The notes below the pieces were generated by a model. That model was not told the origin of the DNA. It saw only the letters and a program-made list of their open reading frames with translations, and made no database searches. 43,250 nt of DNA from a virus. Positions 7,258 to 17,771 of the stretch are shown here, one piece after another; within the stretch, counting starts at the first letter, position 1; every line of letters starts with the position of its first letter. Position numbers and translations under genes: made by a program. The DNA is taken from the UHGV virus genome UHGV-0197604, one strand, 5' to 3'.

Positions 7258-9264
7258 TTATTTTGTTGCGACCCTGTGCTTATATTGGGTATCTTGAACA
7301 TATACAGCTCCACTACCTGCTACATATAGTCCTTCTCCCTTTTCATTCACTATTCCAAAACCATCAGAATAATTTACAAATCTGACCCTATTTCCACCAA
7401 AAGTAATATTACGCTCAAATTTACAATCACTCGCAAACGTTGCAGAACTTGAAACGTGGATATTTGAATCAAACAACACTGTTTTATTAAATTTAACCGT
7501 TTCAAGGAAAGTTGTAGCATATCCACTTGTAGAAAATCGTGACTTACCATATATATCAAAATTCACATAATCGTGCCAAAGTCCATCACTGCTATTAAAA
7601 TATGATAATCCTAAATATCCATCTTTGTAATGTCCCATATTTAGGGAAAACCCCTCGGCACCACTAATTTGTTTCGTAACGTTAATAGCACCAAAAACTT
7701 TATCATTCCAACGATTATCTTGAAATTTAATATTGTTATAATTAATTTTAATTCCTATATCATCATTGTTGTTAAGAGTTTGAAAAGTCCCTTTAACATT
7801 AATAAAAGACCCATCAAAGTCAATATTTCTTGCTTGTACCTTGTAGCTATCAAACTCTTGTTTTACAAGAGAAGAAAGCTCCCCTTTAGAAACCTTAAAA
7901 GAAATCTCTTTAGCAGTCTGGCTTATTCTACTATTCATATTTTCCAAATCTCTGGAAACCCTAGAAGAAATCTCACTTGCTGTTTGAGTGATTTTGCTGC
8001 TTAATTTATCCAAAGAATTTTTTTGTTCATAAACAGTAATATTAATTCCCTCCACAGTCTTATCTATCTCTAATTGTTTGTCAATTATTGGCTTAGTCTG
8101 ACCAGTCTTAGGATCTACATAAGTTGTTGATTCTGTTATCGACTCATATATTCTACTATCAGTTTGCTCTCTTTCGGTCTTATACGTCTTAAAGCTATCA
8201 TCACTATATTTTTTAGCAGTTGCAACAGAGCTTTTAATAGCATTTTCAGTAGTTTCAAATCTAACCCTAGTTTCCTCCCACATTTTTTTTGTAAGTTCGA
8301 TATTTTCATCAACATCACTTACTAAATCTAATGGTTTATTGGCAAGAGTTATTTCATTATTAAATGGTCTATTTGGATAAAATGTACCTTCTAATATTCT
8401 AAATTTTTCTTTTGTCTTCCTGTCTTTATCTATTAGATAAACATAATCTCCAACATTATATTCTTGTTCATACACTCCAATAGCTTGTGATAAGTCTTTA
8501 ACTTTAAGTTTTATAGATATCCTTGGTCTGGATAATACTTCAAGTTTTTTTGCTGCTTTTTCTTTTAAGTTCTTTATATTGGTATATCTTTCATCTTTCC
8601 AATAATAAATTATGGTTTTTCCAGAATATGATTTATTTTCTAAATAATCTTTCCCATCATTTATTTGGTTTATTTTAAGACCATTCATTCCTTCAGGTAT
8701 AATTCTTGTTGCAAATTCAAAACTTTCTACGCTAATATCTTTATCAACAACATTAAAATTATCAGAGAAAAAAACTCCTTTATCTTCCCCTATTTCTTCA
8801 GATATAAATAGTATTTTCTCATTATTATCTATCCTAAATTCTACATCAAATTTCTTTACTATTTCTTCCAAAACTTCCCAACTCGATTTGTGATCAGCTG
8901 TTATGGTTCTGTGTTTCTTAATTTCGCCATTAATTTTATAAGACCAACCAGAAGGAATAATCCCCTTAATCATAGTTTCTATATCTTTGTATGGAAAATT
9001 TAAGCTTTTATGAAAAAAAGATAACCATTCATCAATATTTTGCTTGCATTCTATTTTATAACCATCATAAAACGGTTCAATATTTTTAATAGTATAATTT
9101 TGCTTATTTTCAGTAACTTTACATTCAGTTTCAAAGATATTTCTATATTCTTTTGGTATTTCAAAACTTGAAATATCTAATTGGTTGATTTCTTTTTTTA
9201 TTTCTAAATTTTTGAAAAAATAAAAACTATCAAACGTTTCATTGTCTAATCCATAAACTAGCAT
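7258..9264 (-). CDS. Tail-associated hub/Tal (prophage endopeptidase tail-type) protein with C-terminal spike extension
   Basis: Follows Dit; FATRIIPEG..GL.I..IN.GKDYLEN..Y..K....W.DERYT motif; coiled-coil repeats SKITQTASEI. Confidence 0.82.
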   Translation of the reverse strand: MLVYGLDNETFDSFYFFKNLEIKKEINQLDISSFEIPKEYRNIFETECKVTENKQNYTIKNIEPFYDGYKIECKQNIDEWLSFFHKSLNFPYKDIETMIKGIIPSGWSYKINGEIKKHRTITADHKSSWEVLEEIVKKFDVEFRIDNNEKILFISEEIGEDKGVFFSDNFNVVDKDISVESFEFATRIIPEGMNGLKINQINDGKDYLENKSYSGKTIIYYWKDERYTNIKNLKEKAAKKLEVLSRPRISIKLKVKDLSQAIGVYEQEYNVGDYVYLIDKDRKTKEKFRILEGTFYPNRPFNNEITLANKPLDLVSDVDENIELTKKMWEETRVRFETTENAIKSSVATAKKYSDDSFKTYKTEREQTDSRIYESITESTTYVDPKTGQTKPIIDKQLEIDKTVEGINITVYEQKNSLDKLSSKITQTASEISSRVSRDLENMNSRISQTAKEISFKVSKGELSSLVKQEFDSYKVQARNIDFDGSFINVKGTFQTLNNNDDIGIKINYNNIKFQDNRWNDKVFGAINVTKQISGAEGFSLNMGHYKDGYLGLSYFNSSDGLWHDYVNFDIYGKSRFSTSGYATTFLETVKFNKTVLFDSNIHVSSSATFASDCKFERNITFGGNRVRFVNYSDGFGIVNEKGEGLYVAGSGAVYVQDTQYKHRVATK

Positions 9265-9920
9265 AATACCCTACCTTCAAATTCTACAAAACACTTGAAA
9301 TTTCCACTTCCTGTAAGATTTAATTCTAAGAAATTATCTATATAAGGCAAAGACACAAATTCAATATTTCCAAGCTTATTAATGCCTTTTTCAGAATCTA
9401 TAATTAATTCACCATTTAAGCTATTAATATTTATAGGATCTTCAAAGCCTTTTAGACTTATATTGCTTCCATTTCCTTTAAAAATAATCCTGCAAGGCGT
9501 AGGCAGATTCCCATTATTATAGATAGTTGTCTTTTTACCTATTGAAATTTCATTAGTCTGAGTATTTAACATAGCTACAGCTTGACCTTCATAAGAAACA
9601 TTTTTATAAAAATATCTTGTATCTACATCTTTAGATAGAAATCTTCCTCTATAAAAAACTTCATTATCAAAGGTTATGGTAGATAATTCCAATTTTTTTG
9701 ATAATTCATTCCTATTTTTTCTAATTTCTTTTTTATCTCCTTTAAATTCAATAGAAAAAGAGATAGGCGTAAGAGCCGACCTCTTTTTGCTATAAAATAT
9801 AAGACCTGTATCTGAGATGAATTCATCTCTTATAACTTCAGTATTTCCTATTTCTGGATAGGCTAACACATGAGCATTATAAATCTTTAAATCTTTTATT
9901 AAATTTATAGTTTCAATCAT
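9258..9920 (-). CDS. Distal tail protein (Dit)
   Basis: Position right after the TMP; IYNNGNLPTPCRIIF motif. Confidence 0.78.
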   Translation of the reverse strand: MIETINLIKDLKIYNAHVLAYPEIGNTEVIRDEFISDTGLIFYSKKRSALTPISFSIEFKGDKKEIRKNRNELSKKLELSTITFDNEVFYRGRFLSKDVDTRYFYKNVSYEGQAVAMLNTQTNEISIGKKTTIYNNGNLPTPCRIIFKGNGSNISLKGFEDPININSLNGELIIDSEKGINKLGNIEFVSLPYIDNFLELNLTGSGNFKCFVEFEGRVLC

Positions 9921-12900
9921 CCTCTACGCCTCCTTTCCTTGCTTATTTCTTGACTTACAATTGGAGCTACAGCCTTTCCTATTTCTCTTGAATCTAGGTT
10001 TATTACGCTTGTTACGGCTCCGTTTGTAACTTGTACTTCTACTTCTTGTTTATTTTGTATAGATCCACCAGCAAAACTATAAGCTAAATTTGCTCCCATT
10101 TTATTATTATCAAATAAAACTGCATTTTTAGCCTTATTTCTTATAGCCTCCATAGTAGATTTTATTTTATTTACTACAAAACCTTCTTCATCTTCAATAC
10201 CAATTCCTAAACCACGGGTAAGCATTCTACCAACTTCATCTCTCATAACCCTAGATGGTGAATGGATAGCTGCTGCTCTTTTAGCCGCCCATACTGCTGA
10301 TTGCATTACAGAAATCGCAGCCGATATTACACTAGACCTACCACCATATATACCACCAGCAAGCCCTGCCATAAGATTATATCCAGCAGAATAAAAAGCT
10401 CCTCTGTAACCATTTATAGATCCAACCATTCCAGAACACATAGAAGAAACTGTTGATCTCGCCCTAGATGAACCACTTTTAACAGAGGACACAAGTCCAT
10501 TCATCATTGAAGTGGCTAAGCTTTTAACCTTACTAGAAGTAGAAGCCATCTTAGAATTAATACTGTTATTCATAGAAGTGAATTGATTTTTAACTTTATT
10601 TGTTCCACTAGTAACGGCATTAGTAAAGCTATTCATCATATTCCTAGTCTGACTTGTAACTCTCGAATTTAGACTTGTAAATGTTGAACTAACCCTATTT
10701 TGTAGAGATGTAAAAGCACTTTGAACCCTATTAGCTCCATTTGTAACACTGGCTGTTAAACCATTCATCATTGCTGTTCCACTCATTCTAACATTTTGTG
10801 ATGTTGAGTTAAGGCTAGATTTTACATTATTTCCCATTCTACTAATAGTCGTGGTTACTTTATTTGCACCTTGACTAATAGCAGAATTATAGTTATCCAT
10901 AGAAACTTTACCAGCTTGTGAAAATGCACTAGCTTGATTGTTCAAAGAGTTTGCCGCACTTTGACCTACGTTTTGGGAAGATGAGTCAACTCCAGCTTTA
11001 GATTGGTCAATACCACTAGCATACTCGCTGCCTAGTTCTTGACCCCTAGAATTTGCTACTTCTTTTCCACTTTCAAGACTATTAACTGCACTATCTCCCA
11101 AGGCTTTTGAACGATTAGTAACGTCCACGGTTGATGATTCTATACCATCAGCAAAGTTTGTTCCAGTATTAAGACCTTGTTCATTTGCTGTTCCAAAAAG
11201 CATTGATGCTCTTGTTTCTAATGGGTTTGAGAATGTATTGTTATAAGCTGTAGACACACTTTCTTGACCAGAGCCTACTCCTTCAGAAAAAGCATTAGCA
11301 TTTTGAGCTCCTATTCCCCTTAATATTTCTGAAATATCAGCTTCACTCAAACCTGCTTGTTTTAATGCTTGGTAAGCTGCATCAACATTTACTTTTCCAG
11401 CATTTGTCCCTTCAGCGAAACCATTTGTATTTAAAAGACCCATGTCATACATTGCTTGCATAGCTTCAACTGATGAAAGTCCAGAATCCCTTAATTGCCT
11501 ATAAATATTTAGGGCAGCTTCTTTTCCTGCTTCAGAACCTTTTCCAAAGGCATCAACATTTATTTGACCTTTAGAATACATTTCATCAAAGGCATCAAGT
11601 TCAGTAAGTCCCATTTCCATCATAGTATTAAATTCTTCTATGATTCCATCGGCTCCTTCACTTGTACCATCTTTAAATCCACGCATATTGTTTAGAGCAA
11701 TTTCAGTAAGTTTTTCAACTGCTTCAATCTCTGTCATTCCAGAGTCCATCATCTCTTGAAGCTTTTGCCTATATGTTTGTCCGCCTTCTTCAGTTCCATT
11801 TATGAAACCATCAAGATTAAGACCTGCAATTTCAAAGAACTTTTCAGCAGCTTCCATGGTTTGAAGTCCAGATGTTCTTATAGCTGTGTAGGCACTTTTT
11901 ACATTTCCAGAGCCTTCATAAACTGCACGAGCGTATTCTTCAACACTTGCTTTACCTTCTTGTCTTACAATGGCTCTTGCATCAGAATCAGATACTCCAG
12001 CTTTTATTAAATCTTTATAGGCAGAGGAAATATCAGTAGATCCATCTCTTAATCCTGCAATAACTCCACCTACCATATTTTCTCCAGTAGGTTTTGTCTC
12101 AGACCCATCAATAGAACTATTTACTTTATCAGGCAATTCTTTTGCTTTGTCAGCTACCTTATTTTCGTTTTCATTCCATCCTTCTTTGATACCATCAATA
12201 AAGGATTTACCTATGTCTTTAAGTTTTCCTACACCAGATTTTAACTTGCCCCAGAGACTACCTATAATTTCTTTAGCAGATTTGCCAGCAAATACATCTT
12301 TTACAATACTAATTCCAACTCCAAGTTTATCAACTAAGCCTTTACCAATATCGATAAGTTTAGAAGCTCCATTCTTGATTTTTGAAGCTATACTACCAAC
12401 AATTTTACCAGCAGAATTTGCAATCTTGTTTAAATCTAGATTAAATCCCTTAACAATAGCCGCGATTAATAATCCACCTACTACAATAAGACCAAGAGGA
12501 TTTGATAAAACACCAGCAATAAGCGGGATAATCTTAGCTGCTATTGATGTTATAAATCCAAATCCTTTTGATAGACCTCCGCCTAAGGATTTAATAAGTC
12601 CACCACCGACAGTGCCTAGTTTGCTTGCACCAACTTTACTTATTCCATTAGATAGTAAGCTTACAATCTTGCTACCAGCACCGACTAATTTTCCTGATCC
12701 AGTTTTTAATCCATCTATTAATGGACTTATAATTTTAGATCCAGCGTTAGCCATTGAACCTTTCTTGCTAGAAATTCCTTTAACCAGTTTAGAAATTAGT
12801 TCTCCACCAGTTTTATTAAGCTCTAAACCCTTGCTATTAAACGACTGTACTAAATTAGATATAATCCCTTCTGCAGATTTGCTAACAGCAGTTTTTTCTC

Positions 12901-14566
12901 CAAGCAATCCTTTCGCTAAAGAAGCCATCATTTTTTTTGCTACTGCTGGTCCTTTAAAAGCCGCAAAGGCTATAGATAAAGCCATCAATATTTGTGGTAC
13001 TGCTTTAACTACGATGTCAGGGTTTTGTGCAAGTCCCTTAGCTATATTAACTAATAATTCAATTCCAACCTTTAGAAGTCGAGCAGCATTTCTATTAAAT
13101 GATTCAGCTAATTTGCCAATAATTTCTAAAGCTTTAGGTGCTAAAACATCAGCTCTAGCAGATAAACCCTCAGCTAGTTTTACAAGTATATCTCCACCAA
13201 CATCAAAAAGTTTTGCCCCTACTTCCATAAAAGCAGATACAAGACTAGTTATTATTTTTGCTGCACTATCAGCAAGACTAGAAGAATTTTTTTGAAGTCC
13301 ATTCAAAAATGATAATATGATTGTTTTTCCAGCATCAATAAATTTTGGTGCTTTTTGTGCAATATATACTGCACCTTGGGCAATCATATTACCTAATACT
13401 GTTGGCAATTGTCCTATATCTTTTGTAACAACTTGATTAAGTTTATCTACCTGTTTTGTTACAGATTGGACAACCTCTCTAAATGGTGTGTCAACATGTT
13501 CAAAAAGAGATATACCTAGTCCTTCAAGGGCGGATATAAGTATCTTAATATCTCCCTTTAAATTATCGTTCATGGTATCTGCCATTCTTTTTGCAGCACC
13601 AGTAGAATTATTAATAGAGTTGGTTAGCTTATTAAAATCTTCATCACTTGCATTTAGAATTGCAAGCATACCTGCCATTGATTCTTTTCCAAAAAGAGTT
13701 GTTGCAGCTTGGACTTTTTGATCTTCACTAAGACCCTTAAAAGACTCTCTCATCTCTCCCATAAGTTGATTAAAAGGCTTAATTTGTCCTTTAGAATCAG
13801 TTATGGAAATACCCAAGGCGTTCATTTGCTCTTGAACTTGTTTTGTTGGGGCTGAAAGTCTTGATAAAGCAGATTTTAAGCTAGTTCCCGCTTGACTGCC
13901 TTTAATACCAGCATTAGCCATCAATCCCAAAGCAACAGAAACATCTTCTACCTTATATCCCAAAGCTCCTGCAACTGGTGCTACATATTTAAAAGATTCA
14001 CCAAGCATAGATACATTAGTGTTTGAAGCTGTAGAAGCTGCCGCCAATACATCAACAAATCGTCCAGTATCTTTTGCTTTCAATCCAAAAGCGGTCAATG
14101 AATCTGTGACTATATCAGATACAAGACCTAAGTCCTCTCCACTCGCTGCTGCAAGATTCATAACTCCTGGTAAACCTTCAAGCATTTCTTGACTAGACCA
14201 ACCAGCCATACCCATGTATTTTAAAGCCTCAGCCGATTGAGTAGCAGAAAACTTTGTAGTAGCTCCCATTTCTTTAGCCTTATTTCTTAAAGCTTCTAAT
14301 TGCTTGCCACTAGCTCCAGAAATAGCCTGAACTTCGCTCATAGCTGCATCAAAATCAGCTCCAGCCTTAACAGAATATCCAGCAAAAGCACCAACGGCAA
14401 CTCCTGCTGCCTTAAAGCCTGTTTTGATTCCGCTTACAGCCTTATCGCTAATACTTTTAAATCCTCTACCTGCTACATTTGCCATAGCAGATAAAGAAGA
14501 TAATCCACTTTTAAAACCCGAGGTGTCTAACTTTGTATCAAATAGCAATTTTCCATCACTTGCCAT
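9917..14566 (-). CDS. Tail tape measure protein
   Basis: 1549 aa; TP901-type TMP domain (FDAAMSEVQAISGA...GIKGSQAGTSL); C-terminal IHSPSRVMRDEVG motif. Confidence 0.96.
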   Translation of the reverse strand: MASDGKLLFDTKLDTSGFKSGLSSLSAMANVAGRGFKSISDKAVSGIKTGFKAAGVAVGAFAGYSVKAGADFDAAMSEVQAISGASGKQLEALRNKAKEMGATTKFSATQSAEALKYMGMAGWSSQEMLEGLPGVMNLAAASGEDLGLVSDIVTDSLTAFGLKAKDTGRFVDVLAAASTASNTNVSMLGESFKYVAPVAGALGYKVEDVSVALGLMANAGIKGSQAGTSLKSALSRLSAPTKQVQEQMNALGISITDSKGQIKPFNQLMGEMRESFKGLSEDQKVQAATTLFGKESMAGMLAILNASDEDFNKLTNSINNSTGAAKRMADTMNDNLKGDIKILISALEGLGISLFEHVDTPFREVVQSVTKQVDKLNQVVTKDIGQLPTVLGNMIAQGAVYIAQKAPKFIDAGKTIILSFLNGLQKNSSSLADSAAKIITSLVSAFMEVGAKLFDVGGDILVKLAEGLSARADVLAPKALEIIGKLAESFNRNAARLLKVGIELLVNIAKGLAQNPDIVVKAVPQILMALSIAFAAFKGPAVAKKMMASLAKGLLGEKTAVSKSAEGIISNLVQSFNSKGLELNKTGGELISKLVKGISSKKGSMANAGSKIISPLIDGLKTGSGKLVGAGSKIVSLLSNGISKVGASKLGTVGGGLIKSLGGGLSKGFGFITSIAAKIIPLIAGVLSNPLGLIVVGGLLIAAIVKGFNLDLNKIANSAGKIVGSIASKIKNGASKLIDIGKGLVDKLGVGISIVKDVFAGKSAKEIIGSLWGKLKSGVGKLKDIGKSFIDGIKEGWNENENKVADKAKELPDKVNSSIDGSETKPTGENMVGGVIAGLRDGSTDISSAYKDLIKAGVSDSDARAIVRQEGKASVEEYARAVYEGSGNVKSAYTAIRTSGLQTMEAAEKFFEIAGLNLDGFINGTEEGGQTYRQKLQEMMDSGMTEIEAVEKLTEIALNNMRGFKDGTSEGADGIIEEFNTMMEMGLTELDAFDEMYSKGQINVDAFGKGSEAGKEAALNIYRQLRDSGLSSVEAMQAMYDMGLLNTNGFAEGTNAGKVNVDAAYQALKQAGLSEADISEILRGIGAQNANAFSEGVGSGQESVSTAYNNTFSNPLETRASMLFGTANEQGLNTGTNFADGIESSTVDVTNRSKALGDSAVNSLESGKEVANSRGQELGSEYASGIDQSKAGVDSSSQNVGQSAANSLNNQASAFSQAGKVSMDNYNSAISQGANKVTTTISRMGNNVKSSLNSTSQNVRMSGTAMMNGLTASVTNGANRVQSAFTSLQNRVSSTFTSLNSRVTSQTRNMMNSFTNAVTSGTNKVKNQFTSMNNSINSKMASTSSKVKSLATSMMNGLVSSVKSGSSRARSTVSSMCSGMVGSINGYRGAFYSAGYNLMAGLAGGIYGGRSSVISAAISVMQSAVWAAKRAAAIHSPSRVMRDEVGRMLTRGLGIGIEDEEGFVVNKIKSTMEAIRNKAKNAVLFDNNKMGANLAYSFAGGSIQNKQEVEVQVTNGAVTSVINLDSREIGKAVAPIVSQEISKERRRRG

Positions 14567-14586
14567 ATTTCACCTCACTTTCTTTT

Positions 14587-15195
14587 TTAAATTTTCATAC
14601 TTGCCATCATGGATCTAGCAAAAGACCTTTCTTTTTCTTCAGCTGTTCTTTCATCTGGCAAGGCATATATTTTTTTCATATTTCTATAAAATTTCTTTTC
14701 ATCTTTGCTCATTTTTGAGGATATTTCCATAGATCTATAAGACAAAATTTTTGAAAATAAACACTTTTCATTTAAACTTTCAAATAAAGCTTTAAACTCC
14801 CACCAATGAAGATTGGCTGTAAAAAGATTAATATTATAACATTCAATGAAAGCAGAATATATATAGGACCAGTCATGCTCAAACGAATAAATAAGGCTTG
14901 GTTTTTCATAATCAGATTCTTCCTCTTTTTTGTTATCATTTTCTTTAAAGTCTTTTCCTAATGCGTAAAACCAAAGAAATCCCTCAAACAATTCTTCTAA
15001 TTGTTCAAGAGATTCCAGAATAATTTTATCTTTAAGGCAAACTTTTGATATCTTTTCAAGCTGTTCTTTGTCAGTTTTCTCTTCATCTAGCATCAATTGT
15101 TCATATTCAATCCAAGCCCTATAGTCCGTATTGAGTTCTATTTTTTCATGATTTACTTCCACGTAAGTCGGTAGGCCCTCAGTTAAATAAATCAT
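14587..15195 (-). CDS. Gp15-family tail assembly chaperone
   Basis: LNTDYRAWI...YSFEHDWSYIYSAF...LHWWEFKALFESL motif; just before the TMP. Confidence 0.85.
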   Translation of the reverse strand: MIYLTEGLPTYVEVNHEKIELNTDYRAWIEYEQLMLDEEKTDKEQLEKISKVCLKDKIILESLEQLEELFEGFLWFYALGKDFKENDNKKEEESDYEKPSLIYSFEHDWSYIYSAFIECYNINLFTANLHWWEFKALFESLNEKCLFSKILSYRSMEISSKMSKDEKKFYRNMKKIYALPDERTAEEKERSFARSMMASMKI

Positions 15196-15599
15196 TTTTC
15201 ATCAACAACAATCCCGTCCACAACTTCATTATTAGTATTATTTGATTTTATTGTTTGAAACATTTTTTCTAATTCTTTATTAGCTTTATCAACTTCTGAA
15301 ATTAAATAGTTACCTATGCTTATATAATCAGTCAATAATAACTCCTCACCTTCAAATACTTTTGCTTGAATATCGTCCATAGATCCATAGCCTAGAATTG
15401 TTTCAAAGGCTTTTCTTAATGCTTTTTTAGCTTCATCATTACTTGATTTTTCAAAATCTAATTTTCCTATTTCAATAAGCTTATTTGCTAAATCATTATC
15501 GTGTTCAACCTCATATCTTAGATATTTGGTTTCTTTATTTTCACCTTGATATTCAAATTCAAATTTAATTATTTGTCTTTTTTGTCTTTTAAATGCCAT
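15192..15599 (-). CDS. Tail assembly chaperone
   Basis: Between the major tail protein and Gp15; size and position. Confidence 0.65.
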   Translation of the reverse strand: MAFKRQKRQIIKFEFEYQGENKETKYLRYEVEHDNDLANKLIEIGKLDFEKSSNDEAKKALRKAFETILGYGSMDDIQAKVFEGEELLLTDYISIGNYLISEVDKANKELEKMFQTIKSNNTNNEVVDGIVVDEK

Positions 15600-15632
15600 A
15601 AAAATCTCCTTTGTTATTAATTTTTTCTAAAT

Positions 15633-15655
15633 AAAAAAGGGAGCATAAAGCCCCC
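15633..15655 (-). terminator. Intrinsic terminator after the major tail gene
   Basis: Minus strand GGGGGC-TTTAT-GCTCCC-TTTTTT. Confidence 0.75.
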
Positions 15656-15669
15656 ATAATATTTTTTTA

Positions 15670-16239
15670 TTAAGCAGTTCTTCCCGAAGTTTCCCCAGCC
15701 ACATTGGCTCCAGCACCTTCAGTAAACTTGATTGTTAGCCATTCAGTATCTCCATCTCCAAGTTCAGCAAATCCCTCAATTGGTGCACCATTTGCTTTAA
15801 ATGATCCTGAATATTGGTAAGCGTCTGTACCATCTCCCGCAGAATCTGGAACTATAGTGTGGTTTCTCTTAATAGCAAAGTATTTACCTTTTTGTCCTTC
15901 AATTTCTTGTGCAAAGTCAACAACTACAATATTTACAGTTGCATCATCTGCTAGTTGTTCTTTATCAAAAACCTCTTGTATTCTATTGTGTACTGGGTTA
16001 TCTTTGTATCTATCAAGTGTAAAATCAGTAGTTGATGTCATACCAGTAACAGCAGTTCTTTCAGACTTTTCATCTACATATTTCCTTGAATATTCTTCAG
16101 TTTCTTTAGATGTTGGTAGGTCTGTAAAACCTTTCATTCTGTAATATTTTCCTTCTACTTCCATAAAAGAAACAACATCAGCTCTAAGTACTAATCCTCT
16201 AAACTCTTTTAAACTTTGTATATCTTTTTTTTCAGCCAT
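15670..16239 (-). CDS. Major tail tube protein
   Basis: YYRMKGFT.....EYSRKYVDE..ER..VTG motif; canonical position. Confidence 0.82.
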   Translation of the reverse strand: MAEKKDIQSLKEFRGLVLRADVVSFMEVEGKYYRMKGFTDLPTSKETEEYSRKYVDEKSERTAVTGMTSTTDFTLDRYKDNPVHNRIQEVFDKEQLADDATVNIVVVDFAQEIEGQKGKYFAIKRNHTIVPDSAGDGTDAYQYSGSFKANGAPIEGFAELGDGDTEWLTIKFTEGAGANVAGETSGRTA

Positions 16240-16663
16240 TGTTTACCTCCATATAAACTAATCTCATTTGTATTTGATATTGACTAGAGCCAGTATCAGC
16301 ACTAGACAAGTATCCGTTTGTTACTATTTCTAGCTTTGTCGGGTGTCTATCCCCTTCTAATTTTGGGAAAACTTTCATATAGTTTTGCTCTTGTATCCAT
16401 TCAATCAAATCATCAAAAAAGGCGGAGTTTTCTAGTTGTGTAACTAAATCTCCGCTCATGTGATTTCTTGTTGTAAATATAAAACCAAATTGTTTTAATT
16501 CATCCCCATCTACATATTTTTTAATAATTGGACTGATAGGCTCTGAATAGATTCCATATTCTAAAGGCTTATCACCCAAAAAATCTATATTGAGCCTTAC
16601 ATCATCTTCTAAATAAGGGCAATCCAAAAAGTATTCCCTTATACTTTCAATAATCGACTTCAT
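16232..16663 (-). CDS. Tail terminator/completion protein
   Basis: Position before the tail tube gene; C-terminal YQIQMRLVY. Confidence 0.68.
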   Translation of the reverse strand: MKSIIESIREYFLDCPYLEDDVRLNIDFLGDKPLEYGIYSEPISPIIKKYVDGDELKQFGFIFTTRNHMSGDLVTQLENSAFFDDLIEWIQEQNYMKVFPKLEGDRHPTKLEIVTNGYLSSADTGSSQYQIQMRLVYMEVNNG

Positions 16664-17010
16664 TTTGCTTTAGCTCCTGCTATACTTGCAGCACCTCTTA
16701 AAATAGAATCTTTGTGGCTTGATTTCATTCTCTCAAACCACCTATTTCCTCTCATTGGTGCTCCTTGGAAATTAGCTGGTTCATAATACCACCTCTTGGC
16801 GTATGGTGTTTGTTGCACTATTTTTCCTGACCCTATAGATGTTTGACTGGTAGCTGCACCTATCAAAGTTCCTATATCTTTTGGAGTATATGGATCCATT
16901 CTCCTTATACATTCAGAATCAATAAACTTTTGAACTTTTCCACCAGTTTCAAGGTCTCTTTTTTTCAAAGCCTTAACTTGGTCAAATTCAAATCTATTAA
17001 AATTAATCAT
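16660..17010 (-). CDS. Neck/tail completion protein (Minor_capsid_2-like)
   Basis: MDPYTPKDIGTL...TPYAKRWYY...RGNRWFERMK motif. Confidence 0.78.
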   Translation of the reverse strand: MINFNRFEFDQVKALKKRDLETGGKVQKFIDSECIRRMDPYTPKDIGTLIGAATSQTSIGSGKIVQQTPYAKRWYYEPANFQGAPMRGNRWFERMKSSHKDSILRGAASIAGAKAK

Positions 17011-17363
17011 TTTGCACCTATTCTTGTATGTTGCATTTTTTTAGACCCAAAATCAAAAACATCACAGACTGTTACAGTTCTAGCTCCATACAACTTTCTA
17101 AACTCCTTGGCACTAGCTAACTGTTTTATCTCTTTTAAGTCGTCGTTTCTTATTATCAAATCTTCAACTTCAACCGCTTTTAATAAGTGATTAGGAATAT
17201 AACAAGTTATCTTGTCAATATCGTCTCTATTTCTACCAGTACGATTTGTATTTATCCCCCTTGTTTCTTCCCAATGACAAGGATAAGTTCCATATTCTGC
17301 ATAAACATCTTGCCTATTTTCTACATATCTTTTAATGATTGTTACCTGTGCATTAGTTTTCAT
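17007..17363 (-). CDS. Head closure protein; probable start MKTNAQV at 17363 rather than 17483
   Basis: RBS AGGGGG upstream of the ATG at 17363; position in the head-tail connector cluster. Confidence 0.65.
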   Translation of the reverse strand: MKTNAQVTIIKRYVENRQDVYAEYGTYPCHWEETRGINTNRTGRNRDDIDKITCYIPNHLLKAVEVEDLIIRNDDLKEIKQLASAKEFRKLYGARTVTVCDVFDFGSKKMQHTRIGAK

Positions 17364-17754
17364 ATATCCCCCTATACATAAGACCAGTATGGACAAAAGC
17401 CTCACGAATTCTTTCATCAATAAGGTTTGCCATAAGTCCATCTTTTTTGTCGCTAGAAAGGGTATTTGCACTGGCATATTCAATTTTATATTCGCCTACA
17501 GACTCTGATTTAATATTAGATGATGAATCACTCTCATTATCTTTTAAAAAGCCTATATCAGAAAAATAGAGCTCATTTAAAATATCAATTATTACTTCAT
17601 CAACTCTTTTCTGTAAATTCAAATCATTATCTTTAATTCTTTCAAATGTAAGAAAATCTATACGCCTTTTAATTCTTCTTTGTAGGGATAAAAAAACGCC
17701 CTCAGACAAATCTAGCTTTGGGCATTTTTCTTTAAATTCTTTATAGGTTAACAT
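17353..17754 (-). CDS. Head-tail adaptor protein
   Basis: MLTYKEF...IDFLTFERI...IKSESVGEYKIEY...TGLMYRG; follows the capsid gene. Confidence 0.78.
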   Translation of the reverse strand: MLTYKEFKEKCPKLDLSEGVFLSLQRRIKRRIDFLTFERIKDNDLNLQKRVDEVIIDILNELYFSDIGFLKDNESDSSSNIKSESVGEYKIEYASANTLSSDKKDGLMANLIDERIREAFVHTGLMYRGIYEN

Positions 17755-17771
17755 AAATTAACCCCTTTCTT

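Noticed and set aside
4253..9264. Diversity-generating retroelement or invertible tail-fibre locus
   Set aside because: No reverse transcriptase, invertase, adenine-variant TR/VR pair or flanking inverted repeats seen by eye.
12147..13295. 382-aa + strand ORF (also 6308-6679, 35892-36506, 38045-38566 and other antisense ORFs)
   Set aside because: Antisense shadows of well-supported minus-strand genes, with no recognisable motifs.
15192..15275. Programmed -1 frameshift fusing the two tail chaperones
   Set aside because: No in-phase slippery heptamer, and the -1 frame has stops just before the Gp15 ATG; simple ATGA coupling suffices.
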